Shown piece by piece: positions 24,801 to 35,900 of a stretch of 64,000 nucleotides of DNA. Made by a program: the position numbers and the translations under genes. The DNA lies in NCBI RefSeq assembly GCF_947568905.1, contig NC_079164.1, forward strand, positions 92,008,001 through 92,072,000, read 5' to 3'. The stretch is from Ostrea edulis. Taxonomy: Eukaryota. Under the pieces are notes generated by a model, which saw nothing but the letters and a program-made list of their open reading frames with translations, had not been told where the DNA came from and ran no database searches. Positions within the stretch are counted from its first letter, which is position 1; every line of letters begins with the position of its first letter.

Positions 24801-25924
24801 TAGTCAAAATCAGTGTGCCAAGAACGGTCTAACAATCGGTATGAAACACGTCAGACAGCATTTGACCCGATGATAGGTTGTATTGGCAAACTAGATAGTT
24901 ATGATGACCATAGAATTTGCGAAATGCTGACTTCAATCGAAACTGTTGAAACCCCTGTACCATCAACTTGTTTGTCATTAGCTTGCCTCGATTTAAAAAC
25001 TGACCATACGCAGAACAAACTCTTGCGTATCGAATCAGTTGAGATATATAAACACCATATGCAAGTGATACTGGGATATTTCTACATAAATATGGGAAGT
25101 TGATGATAGAGAAGTTGAAATCATCCCGTTTGTACGTCATACAGTTGAGTTGTCAGTTTGCATTTCTTACTTTACGGCGTTTTTGCCTGCTAGTATAGTG
25201 ACTGCTAGCTGCAGCCTAATAAATATTTCAAGGCGTTTTAGAAAAAAATCTTGAGAACTGGTCGTAACATTAAATTCTCTACGTTAAAGAGGCACAACTC
25301 CATAAAAAAAAAAATTAACGAACGGGAACAAAACTCATCAATATACACCTGCATTCAAAAAATGAATTCGATATCTCAAGGTGTCTTTTTAAAAAGTCTG
25401 GAAAACTGGGTTTCGCGAAAGGACGAACAAGGGTAAAACTAAATTGGTCGGGGGCATACAAATACACCCGAAATACCCAACTACATTTAAAATACAAGGA
25501 AAGGAGGGTGGGTGGGTATCGAAAGTCTTGTCCACAAGCACCCATGGCACCTGTGGTACGTAATTCTCCTAATGCCATGTTAGGGCTCTAAGTTAGTAGA
25601 AATTCTGTCATCCTCACAACGTCAGGCCCGGGTCCTGAGTGGACACGGAGAACTATGACGTTGTGAGGTATACTCAGAGCATGTGGATTTTCCAAGACCT
25701 CATGCGAAATTTCAAACGTAATTCAAAATCGGGCAACGATGCATTTGAAATGGTAGTTCTATCGTTAACTTTATAGTGACTTTACCTGCCATGACCGCCT
25801 GTTTAACATCCCAGTTTCCTAAAACATCCAAGGAGCCACACACAGCCAAACACTTGCCTCGTGTGTTCGTGTCATAGTGTGTCTCAAAACTAATGCACAC
25901 AGTTCCATCATCAGAAGAAAGCAT
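19141..25924 (-). CDS. CBM20 (starch/glycogen-binding) domain protein with C-terminal amphipathic tail, 187 aa, three exons
   Basis: Exons 25924-25786, 21010-20792 and 19346-19141 join in phases 1 and 1 without stops. CBM20 motifs: ISFETHYDT..GKCLAVCGSLDVLGNWD..AV, GKW...VKLP....FEWKWVV, RWEECENR. Confidence 0.85.
19419..20679. repeat. 36-bp satellite, about 35 copies, each containing TTAGGGTAGGG
   Basis: Unit GACACTTAGGGTAGGGATCTGTAATAAGAGCCCCCT with some 27-bp deletion variants; lies in intron 2 of the CBM20 gene. Confidence 0.97.
21778..21823. repeat. (TA)n microsatellite
   Basis: About 23 uninterrupted TA units. Confidence 0.95.
22050..23150. repeat. Unclassified ~600-bp GC-richer tandem duplication (two diverged copies)
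   Basis: 22050-22647 aligns with 22648 onward (e.g. TATCTAAATTATTTAGACAAATTGAAGCAAGAGCTGGTGGGTTTCTGCACTGGATC in both); copy 2 lacks ~120 bp. Confidence 0.85.
23801..24310. mobile_element. Kolobok-like MITE (copy 2)
   Basis: TTAA TSD at 23797-23800 and 24311-24314; same family as 7424-7927; interrupts a ~360-bp repeat unit. Confidence 0.85.
24518..25140 (-). mobile_element. 3' end of a Penelope-like retroelement (RT thumb region plus 3' UTR)
   Basis: YKRDDFNFSIINFPYL..NIP.SLAYGVYISQLIRYARVC...LMVQGF..RLKSAFRKFYG; the same 3' UTR occurs at 28738 and 31797. Class assigned from motif recall. Confidence 0.7.
24673..24766. mobile_element. 94-bp minimal Academ-like MITE
   Basis: Perfect 45-bp TIRs starting TAGCTGCAG, 4-nt spacer TCTC, TSD CCGT at 24669-24672 and 24767-24770; inserted in the Penelope-like UTR. 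Confidence 0.88.
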
Positions 25925-26542
25925 AGTCTCCTCTTCAATTAAATTCCGGTCATGGCTGCATCACACATATATGTCTTAGACATTTTTAAATGTCTAAACA
26001 AAGTGTAGTTATACGGCGTGAAACACGAGGACAACGCAATTATTGTGAATGACCCTGACATTCGAGTCGTGCTACTAAATACGTGCTAAGTACGTACAAT
26101 CCCCCGGTACATGGTTTAAAGGGTCGAGATTATCAGCATAATTTTGAATTATGTAATACTACATATGCATATATACTGGTACGTGCACGATCATGTTTAT
26201 TCACTTTGATGATTGTATACACGTGCTACTATATGTAGCATGCATAGTCTAAGAGTACATTCTGCAACCCTGGAAATAGGATGACACCAGCATACACGAG
26301 AGAGAAAGCAACATATGTATTTTGTCTGTTTTATGCTACTTCTTGTTTCCTCTGAAAAGTGAAATGAAATAAATTAAACGTCCTTGGGCCACATCGCCTA
26401 CCTGAGTGATCTTGGCCCTGTTGTTTAGCTATATATTGTGATTTTTTGAAATCTTTATTCCTATGAAAATTTAATGGAACCCATGTTGTGGCCCAACCTA
26501 GCCACAAAGGGTCACGGTATAAACATGATACAATGTCACAAA

Positions 26543-26580
<38 letters not shown>

Positions 26581-27221
26581 TCATATTTACCCTGCCTTTA
26601 TTCAGATGTTCTAATTTTGAAAAGACTTTCTAAATCGATCTTTATTCCCATGAAAATTTTTGACCCCACATTGTGGCCTCAACTTATTCCCAAAAGATCA
26701 CAACATAACTCAAAATGAATTCACATACCCGGTAACACAGAGATGCCTTAACACCAATATGACTAACATGATCTTGCTGTTCTGGATAAAACCAAGGTCA
26801 TAGGTCATGGTATGATTTATTGACATAAGAAATCTATATACAAAATTTGAAAGCTCTCAAAGTACGTCAAAGGTCCAGGTCAAAGTCACACGGTCCAACA
26901 CCAAAGTATAACAAAGTTTTGTCATAAAGAATACACACAAAATATGAAAGTTTTACCTAAGATAGTTCAGAAGATATTGATTAGGTCAGATTTTTAAGAA
27001 AGTGAGTCAAGGTAACAAGATCAAATACGATTGAACCTCAAAGTCTTGTCATAAAGAATCTATATACAAAATATGAAAGCCATATCTTGTGCAGTTCCGA
27101 AGATATTTAACAGGTTATGTTTTCTTAAAGGTAGGTCAAATTTCAAAGTATTGTCATAAAGAATATATATACAAAATATGAAAACCCTACCTTGAATACT
27201 TCCGAAGACGTGTTTCATACC

Positions 27222-28733
27222 GACACATCTCATGTTTTCAAAGTATACAATATTACATGCATTTTGTCTTCTTTATGTTTATAGTAATTAATTCTAATAG
27301 TTCGTTCGCCGAGATTTTGCGATATTTAACCACAATACAGACTTAAATCTAAGCCCCGATTTCAAAAAGTCAAGTTAATTAGGTAGGTAGTCACGTGGTA
27401 CAGTGACGTCACATGCGCCCTTCGGATTGTGAAAGTACTGCGAGATATTATTAAAAACTCAACTTTTAGGGGCCTAATTAATTTACTATGGGCAACATTT
27501 AAATCGATGTTGATAAAGTGTCCGAGTTTTATATGTGTTCGCCACCAGTGCACACATATAACGATGTAAATACCCAAATATAGCGAGTAAAGCGTGTATG
27601 AAATCGGCAATATTGTGAGTAAATAATGTTTATATGGGCCGCTGTCTACAAACTGTTTGGGGATGTTATTCCTTTATACATCTGTAATTGGCGCTGTTTT
27701 TCTAAAATAAACAGTGCAATCATTATTTATTTTTGGATTAGACAAATTATGATACGTTAAATTGTTGACAACTAGGCCCTATGCCAAGCTATTGTCACGC
27801 GTGCATTTCGGAAAGAAAGAAAAAGACAACACACACACAAATCAATAAAAATATTCAAATTTAAAGTGGTAATCACATTATTTTATTTTGATAAAGCAAT
27901 CTTATTACTATTTTTGAATTGTGATCTGCACGTCTTTAGGAAGTACGAAGTGGGAGCACGGCGATATATAGCCTACTGACGCACGCAAGATGCTACGAGT
28001 TCAATAAAGAAATAATTTTATAATTCAATTTAAAGTTAGGAAATACAATATTCTATTATTTGTATAATTAAAAGTTCAATTATTTTGTATCTTTATTCTT
28101 TGTCGTTGTAAATCTACCTGTTGGTAGAAGTTACATATATGTTGTTACAAGGTGAAGGTCAGTTGATCCAAGTGTGTATTGAATTTGAAGAGCAAAACAG
28201 AATGTATGCTATAGGCCTACCAGTGCTTATAGCTTCGATATATCCATTTTCTCGCAGTTTATCAGCGTCTCTGTCCAAGCGATGTTTGAAAAGGTGACTG
28301 GGTGTGTTTTTTAAGGTAAAGTTCTTGCTCCAACAAAAAAATTATCCACGTCTTTTTTTTCGTACCTTCCTTCGAAAAAGTCTAAATCCTTTCTACCGAC
28401 AACTAGTACACCCGAGCACGGCACAAAACATCTTAATGCATTATTATTTAAAAGCCGTTAACGTGACAATTGGTTTTTTGTCGATTAAATCTAATCTGTT
28501 TTTGAAATGGCTAATAGATGTTTTCAAACCCGAGGGTGCATATGACGTCACACAAAATGGCGCGTAAACTAGCGAAAGAAAATATGCATATCGCAAGATT
28601 TGAATTTCATCGCTTTCAAACTCGAAAACTACGCAAAATATTTCATTTAAAACACATTTAAAGTAGTTTTAGGCATAAAAAGAGTTAATTTTGCTGAAAA
28701 AATGAAAAAGTTTAGAAACATGCGTTGTGTCCT
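27222..28733 (-). mobile_element. Non-autonomous Kolobok derivative with a decayed THAP domain
   Basis: Right end TGCGTTGTGTCCT plus TTAA; left end GACACATCTCATGTTT lacks its first bases. Minus strand from 28431 reads MFCAVLGCTSCR*KGFRLFR..., with a W....C..KNF motif recoverable by frameshift. Confidence 0.6.
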
Positions 28734-28943
28734 TTAAGCGTTCTTGGCACACTGATTTTGACTACCGATATCTCTTTTTACCTGATCAGGATATAGGGCT
28801 CACGGCGGGTGTGACCGGTCGACAGGGGATGCTTACTCCTCCTAGGCACCTGATCCCACCTCTGGTGTGCCAAGGGATCCGTGTTTGCCCAACTATCTAT
28901 TTTGTATTCCTTGTAGGAGTTATGAGATTGATCACTGTTCGTT

Positions 28944-29125
28944 TGTTTGTTTGTTTGTTTTTGATGTTTTCTGCCACACTCAACAATTTTTCAGTTATAT
29001 GGTGGCGCCCAGTTTTTATTGGTGGAAGAGAGAACCCAAATACAATGTACCTGGGAAGAGACCACCGACCTTCCGAAAGTAAACTGGGAAACTTTCTCAC
29101 TTACCGGCGCGAGCGGGATTCGAAC
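28944..29125 (-). mobile_element. Deu/Nin-domain-like SINE, truncated at the B box
   Basis: GTTCGAATCCCGCTCGCGCCGGTAAGTGAGAAAGTTTCCCAG... with (CAAA)n tail; 11-bp TSD CACTGTTCGTT at 28933-28943 and 29126-29136. Confidence 0.85.
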
Positions 29126-29427
29126 CACTGTTCGTTATCTTCACCTTTCATTCAACAGGTAACGTTTTCTTAAAAGTAGGTCAAATTCCAAAGTCACAAG
29201 ATAAAAGGTCATAATATGAAATGAATGGTCTTCCCATAAGAAATCCAAATGTGAAAAATCTAACTCAAATACTTCAGGAAATATTGAATAGGTCAGAGAT
29301 TTAAAATATAGGTCCAAGGTCAAGGTCAAACGTCATGAAATAATAAGGTCTGGCCATAAATGATCTATATACAAAATGTGAAAGCTCTGCCTTAAAAAGT
29401 TCGGGAGATATTGAATAGGTCGGGGTA

Positions 29428-29459
<32 letters not shown>

Positions 29460-29516
29460 AAGATCAAACACCACTGTGTACAAGGCTTTGTCATTAAGAA
29501 TATGTACACAAATAAA

Positions 29517-29764
29517 CCATCGCGGTGGCCGAGAGGTTAGAGCATTCGCCCCGCATGTGGGAGGCCGGGGTTCGAATCCGAAGTCGTTAAAACAGGTAGT
29601 GACAGTTCCATCGCCAAACGCTCAGCATCAGGTGTGAATGTCACGGGTCCTCCACGGAGATGACCTTAAAAACGGATGACCCGTGGCACACTAAAGAACC
29701 CTCACTGCTCTATGGCCGTAGGCGCCGAGCATAGACCTAAATTTTGAAACCCTTCACCGGTCTT

Positions 29765-29798
<34 letters not shown>

Positions 29799-29830
29799 CG
29801 AGACGTTAAGAAAGATACAATCAATCAATC
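29517..29830 (+). mobile_element. Near full-length tRNA-derived SINE
   Basis: A box TGGCCGAGAGG at 29526-29536, B box GGTTCGAATCC at 29569-29579, conserved body and (TCAA)n tail. Confidence 0.88.
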
Positions 29831-31796
29831 ATCATATATATACAAATAATGAAAGCTTCACCTAAAATACATGAAGTTCCGGATATATTTAATACGTTAT
29901 GTTTATAAGTAGATCAAACTCCAAGTTCAAGGTCAAAATGAAATGAAAGATCTTGCCACAAGAAATAAACATGCAAGATATGAAAGATCTACCTTAAATA
30001 GTTCAGGACATATTGAATAGGTCAGATTTTTATTTAAAGTAGGTCAAACTTCCAGGTCAAGGTCACAAAATTACACACCATTGCATTACACGAAACGTCT
30101 TACCGTAAAAAAATGCACACACAACAAATGAAATCCCTAGCTTGAATAGTTCAAAGGATATTTTTAAAGATTGGTCCTATATATCAGCATTTAACACTTT
30201 GCTCTCCTACCTCCTGGGACCATAATTTGCATAAACTTGGATCTACTATATTTCAGGAAGCGTTTATGTAATTTTTTTATTTTTCTGGCCAGAAAAATGA
30301 AAGAACAAAATTAATATTTAACATAGTTGTGATTGAATATAAATTATGTAACTTAATAGAATCAGAGTGAATCCGAAGGAATAAACCCGTCAAATAAGCA
30401 GAAAATTTCGATTCATGAATTATTGTCATCCTGTCAGTAATTCCTGCTCGTAATTTCCAATGTGCATTGACCCCGGAGGTCACCAGTTCGGAAAAATGCG
30501 AAGGAGAGGCACTGAGCACATGTCAGATTTGAAAACAATTTAACATGCCAATTTTATAGAAAATTCACCATCAAAATTTCATTTGAGTGGCACATTTGCG
30601 TCTCTATTACTTTCTAACACTTATAGTACTTCTTGTCATTCATGAAACAATGTAATATTTCAAACAAACGAAATGTGTAGTTACTCACGTCAGTCTCCAT
30701 CTTTGAATATGACCTCCGTCTCAGAAACCCGATTATGTTCGGCAATCATCGTTTCCATGTCCGTGTATACGACACAATGGCGGTTTATACGAAACGCCCA
30801 TTGTAGGTACGCTCTAAAACAATATTCCCTTGTTTATTTAGCTGATTTTTTCTTCAGATCGTGGGGACAATATTAATTATACCGATAGGATTTATTGATG
30901 CATTATTGGATAGTTGAAAAAATGCCGTCAACTACAGCGTGTATTGCTTTAAAGATTTCCCTATTTATTCGCATGTAAAAATTTGATCCCCTATTGTGGC
31001 CTCGTCCTTACCCGGGGGCCATGCCTTGAATAAAGCATTATTTGAATTGATGCGCACATTAAATAAATTATCGCTATCTTCAATTGACATTGGAGCGCGC
31101 ATCAATTCAAGTGTTGATATCATCAATTCATTTGAAGAGAACACCAACTCAATGAATGCGCGTAATATTCAGAACTGAATACATCATTGGTTGTTTAAAG
31201 AGATTGCGTGCATCAAACGAATTGATGATATCTCAAATAACTAAAAATATTTTCAATTATTTGAGTTTAAGTTAATTTCTTCGCCAAGGATAGTGAGTTA
31301 ATGAAGTAATCCCAAAAATCGCGAGATTCGGAATACACTATATCTTATTTTAAAATTTACCAACCAAAATTGGCATATTCGCAATTTAAAACAGTGTGTA
31401 ATTGCTAAATCATTTTTACTTTAAATTCCTAGCTTGCATTACCGGAACTATGATAATAATAGTAGGGGGTTTATGCCATAACACCTCCTCCTTTAGGGTG
31501 TTTTTTTTTTAAAAAATTAGTGGGTGGTATGGTATAAACCCCTACTATTCTTATTACAGACAAAATCACCAGTTCCTGTGCTGGCGCGAAAATGTCTTCT
31601 CATTCAAGTTCTTGGCCCATTATTCAGGCTTGCCTATGCATCAAGGCGCCGTGTACGAAAAATATTCTTTCGCGTCTTCTTTGGGATCTAATTAACTTGA
31701 CAGTTTCTACAGTCTCGTTTAAAGTCAGCATTTCGAAAATTCTGTTCATTATAATAATCTAGTTTGCCCATATAACTTATCACAGAGTCCATTCCT

Positions 31797-32037
31797 GTTT
31801 CATACCGATTGTTAGGCCGTCCTGGCACACCGATTTTGATTACGGATTACTCCGTTTACCTGATCAAAACACCCAGGGTTCACAGCGGGTGTAATCGGTC
31901 GATAGGGGATGCTTACTCCTCCTAGGCACCTGATCCTACCTCAGGTATATCAAGAGGTCCGTGTTTACCCAACTCTTTATTTTGTATTCCTTATAGGAGT
32001 TACGATATTGATCACAGTTCATTATCTTCACCGTTCA
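31797..32037 (+). mobile_element. Penelope-like 3' UTR fragment
   Basis: GGGGATGCTTACTCCTCCTAGGCACCTGATCC motif, shared with 24518-25140 and 28738-29150. Confidence 0.75.
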
Positions 32038-32907
32038 TAAATGATTGAAGAGCATTTGTCATTGAATATAAATCAAACGTCTGCATTCCGAGATTGATGC
32101 AAAAGTAGTAAATATGTCGATGCACAGTCTAGTTAACTCTCTTCAAAGCAGTTGATATAATCCTAATGTTTGATCCCGCTGTGACCAAATGAGCAATGAA
32201 CTGAAGTTTGAGGAACCCCCAAATCTACATGAGGATGTTCACTTATTGCATCACCTGAAAACTTCAGTAGTAGTGCAATAAATCATCAGAATTTCACCAC
32301 AGACCACCATGTTAACTTCATCATTCCTATTGCAGATTCTCCAGTCGTGGTTAGAAAATATACGTCAATAGGCATTACAAGACGATTTCCAATATCATCA
32401 TCTCTGAACATGCTAACTTTCAATTGATGAGACTAAAATCCCAATCACCCATGGGGTGCCTTTATAAAGTCTGGTAAAAAGCAATAGCCTAGACTGCCTG
32501 GTTCTGGAGTTACTAGAGGATGTGAAGAGTTTGAAACAAACTTCACCCGAACAACCTAAAATGCGCTTAGATATCTGCAACACATTAGATTCATATAAAA
32601 CAAATTTTAATGTATAACAAAACTTTCTTCAAGAAAGAACCAATACATCCACTTCATTGGTCATTCTGCAATAAATATTACAGTTCTTCACACAAGTTTT
32701 CTGGTTTAATAGGTAACTATTGCTCAAAATGACTCCACTATTTGTTGTACATTGTCCACATATGTTAGAGGGTCTAACTTTGTTTTTAATTGAAAGGATT
32801 GAGGTCACACTATTACTGCATCAAACTATATAGATAATTCTTTCACAACTGTTACACAAGTTCCAGTCAAAACAAGCACACTTATCACAAATGAACATTG
32901 CCACACC

Positions 32908-35900
32908 TCACGGAGGCTGAATACCCTGTGAGGAGAATCCCAGACCCACTCCCCTCTGAGTGTGTGTTGTCATGCGAGCAAACTCATAGTCTTTGTCCAG
33001 TCTAGAAAAGAACTCCTCTCGTTTCTTTATCTGTTCTTCTGTCAGTTCTGATGCGTTCTCATCCTCTCCACCTTCATGTTTAATTCCCATTAACTTTCTA
33101 AACTTTGTGGCAATCTTTCCACTGTCATCCTGATTAAATGCTGTATGCTGCCATTCCTTTTCCTTGTCCTAAAATACAGAATAAAAATGTTTGATGTTCT
33201 TCATGTCTGCTTCATGTTGCATATTCTTGGCTTTGGAAGATATACTCTTACAGGGCATATTCAAACTAGTTGATAGCAATGACCTTATCTATACGATCTT
33301 GATTCAGGATCATGACATTGATAATGTCTGACATCTGTGAACATCTACAGTATTACCATTATGACAATATTACAAAATTCTGAACAAGACACAAAGTGGA
33401 ACAGAAATATAGACACCGTGATATCTACATACTCCAATCTTTGATGGAGAAGATTATATTGAATTTAAACGGAGAGACTTGTGGCAACAATAGTCATCTG
33501 AAGATCCTATATTTTAAAACACACCTCTTTGTGCTCCTTAGCTTTGGACCATAGTAATTTCCTTTTCTGGACTTGCTCTGCATACTTCAATGGATTGACA
33601 GCTGCTGGGTTGTAATACTTCGGTACAGCAACCCCAGTCATTTCTTGAGCCTACAACCATAATCAAATGTAAAAACAAAGTGCATCACTACCCCAGTCTG
33701 GAACTGTGTGTACCTGACTCACTAGGATACACGATACTCCAGTCTGGAACTGTGTGTACCTGACTCACTAGGATACACGATACTCCAGTCTGGAACTGTG
33801 TGTACCTGACTCACTAGGATACATGATACTCCAGTCTGGAACTGTGTGTACCTGACGCATACTTTGAAACTAACAGACAGATGGATGGGAAAGCCCATAC
33901 CACAATAAGGCCTGTCAAAAGTCAGGCATATAATAATTCTGAAGGCATAATTATTTTTTTTTGTGCATTATCTTACGTTACTTCACCCTGTGAATTCATA
34001 CTCATACTAAGTACTTACCTTTTGGTGCATGGCTGCCATCGTATGCAGCAGAGCCACCTGAGGAGTCACACTAGACTGGGTGGACAAGGCCATTGCTTGA
34101 AAGAATCTTTTGTGTCCATCACTTAATGGAAGATTGCTCGGTTTCTCCTTTGGAGTCCCTAAATTCAATTAATGTCTTATTAACAATCTGAATTTCATAA
34201 AGATGTTAGAAAAGGTAAACAACTCCCCCAAAAATTCTTTGTCATTCTAAAATGTTTAAATGGTTCCACACCAGTCTGACTCATTCTTAACCAGCTGATA
34301 TCTGTCAGTAGTATTTTACCCACTCAACATTAAAATTTGACAAGCATGCAGAATTCCATGCACATTAAAATATACATTTTATTTTTCATATCAGTACGTC
34401 ATGTATTTTAAGTCGGAATATTGACCCTTTCCCCATACCAATTTTTCACAGTTGCCCCATTAAACTTAGGAACTCTATGTTCTAGAATTTTTCACATACA
34501 ACTTACATGTATCTAAAACAAAAGCTATAGTTCCCAGTCAGTCAGACTCTTCACTTATTAATAATGTGTTTGTGCGTCTTGGACAACTTTCGCTTTGGAA
34601 ATATCACACCATTCAGAATACTACATAGTTCTGTAAGGTTGATATTCTGAGTGTTTTCCTCGTGTGTTTCACACTTACAATCTGGTTACTCCACTGACAC
34701 AGGGCTACAACATTTAGACCCGTGTCCAGTGCTCACGGCCTTTGAGCAGGGAGGGTTTTTTATTGTGCCACATCTGCTGTGACATTGGACCTCAGTATTT
34801 GCAGTTTCATCTCAAAAACCACCCCATTTAGTTGCCTCTTATGACAAGAAAGGTGTAATAAGGACCTACTCTAACCCGGATCCCCAAGGGACTATAGAAT
34901 TAAGTTTTAGCTAACTTGCTACATAGTCTCACTGTACAACATGCACATTTGAATTACTTTAACAAAATATTCTTTGGAGAGAACTGTCAAAACATACCAT
35001 TATTTTCTAGTCCTTCTCCTGCCTGCAAGTATTTGCTGGCTTTTAACAACTGCTGTCTCATCTTTTCCTTGAAGGTCAGATGTTTCTCTCCCTCAGGCTT
35101 GGTTGTTGGTGGTGCAGGACGATGTACTCTTTCTCTACTGCGACTTCGGCTCTTCCCTGATCTAAATGTTTAAATAAACAAGAGACCCATGGATCACATC
35201 GCTCACCTGAGTCACCATTGCCCTGCTGTTGTCCCCCTCCCCCAATCTTTATACCCTAAATAATTTTGACCCACTATTATAGCCTCGAATGGATCACAAC
35301 ATAACTGAACTTGAATTCACACAATACCAATGACTAATATGACCTTGTTGTTCTGAATTAGAGGCCAGATTATAAATAAAAGGTCTTGGCCTATACAAAA
35401 AAGTTCAAACCTACATAGTTCAGGAGACATTGAATAGGTTACATGTAGGTATTCTTAAGAGCAGGTCAAACTCCAGTGAAAAGGTTAAAAACTTTGGTGC
35501 CATGAAAAAGGTCTTGTCACAGGGAATGCACATATGGATTATGAGAGCCCTATCACTCACCATTTAAAATTCATGAACAAAGTTAAAAGTTTTGAACAGA
35601 TTTACAGGACAAAAACAATAAGACTCTGACTATACTCACATAAAACCAACCATTGAATCCACATAAGTTAGGAGTGTTTGCATTTAGATATGATTTAGTA
35701 TGACCCCCTTTTACTCTTGAAAAGAATTCGTTTTAATCAATTTTTTGTATATTCTTATACAAACTACCCACAGCATGTATGTACTTACGAGACTGTACGA
35801 CATGTGATACATTATTTCACCCATTTTAACCAGGATTTTTGGGTTTTAAATTGGTATTGACAAACAAGCAGTCATTTCTAATGCATATTCAGAAGATAAA

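Larger units (their letters stand above)
27207..29150 (+). mobile_element. Penelope-like 3' fragment split by a Kolobok element and a SINE
   Basis: GACGTGTTTCATACCGA (27207-27223) continues as CGTTCTTGGCACACTGATTTTGACTAC at 28739, matching the uninterrupted copies. Confidence 0.75.
26546..30295 (-). mobile_element. HINE-like host element (GGTCAAGGTCA / TATGAAAGC repeats) interrupted by several insertions
   Basis: Terminus AACAAGAGGCCCATGGGCCACATCGCTCACCTGAG at 26546; ~120-bp repeats stop at 27206 and resume after 29150 and after 29830. Confidence 0.6.

Noticed and set aside
28790-28870. Hammerhead, HDV-like ribozyme or SECIS in the Penelope-like UTR
   Set aside because: No CTGATGA/GAAA core, no consistent P1-P3 nesting, and no helix II or apical AA could be built by hand.
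28727-29173. 148-aa ORF
   Set aside because: A chance frame crossing a Penelope UTR and an antisense SINE.
32230-32420. C/D-box snoRNA motifs (ATGATGA...CTGA) on the minus strand
   Set aside because: Located downstream of the RSRC2 stop rather than in an intron, with no terminal stem and atypical spacing.
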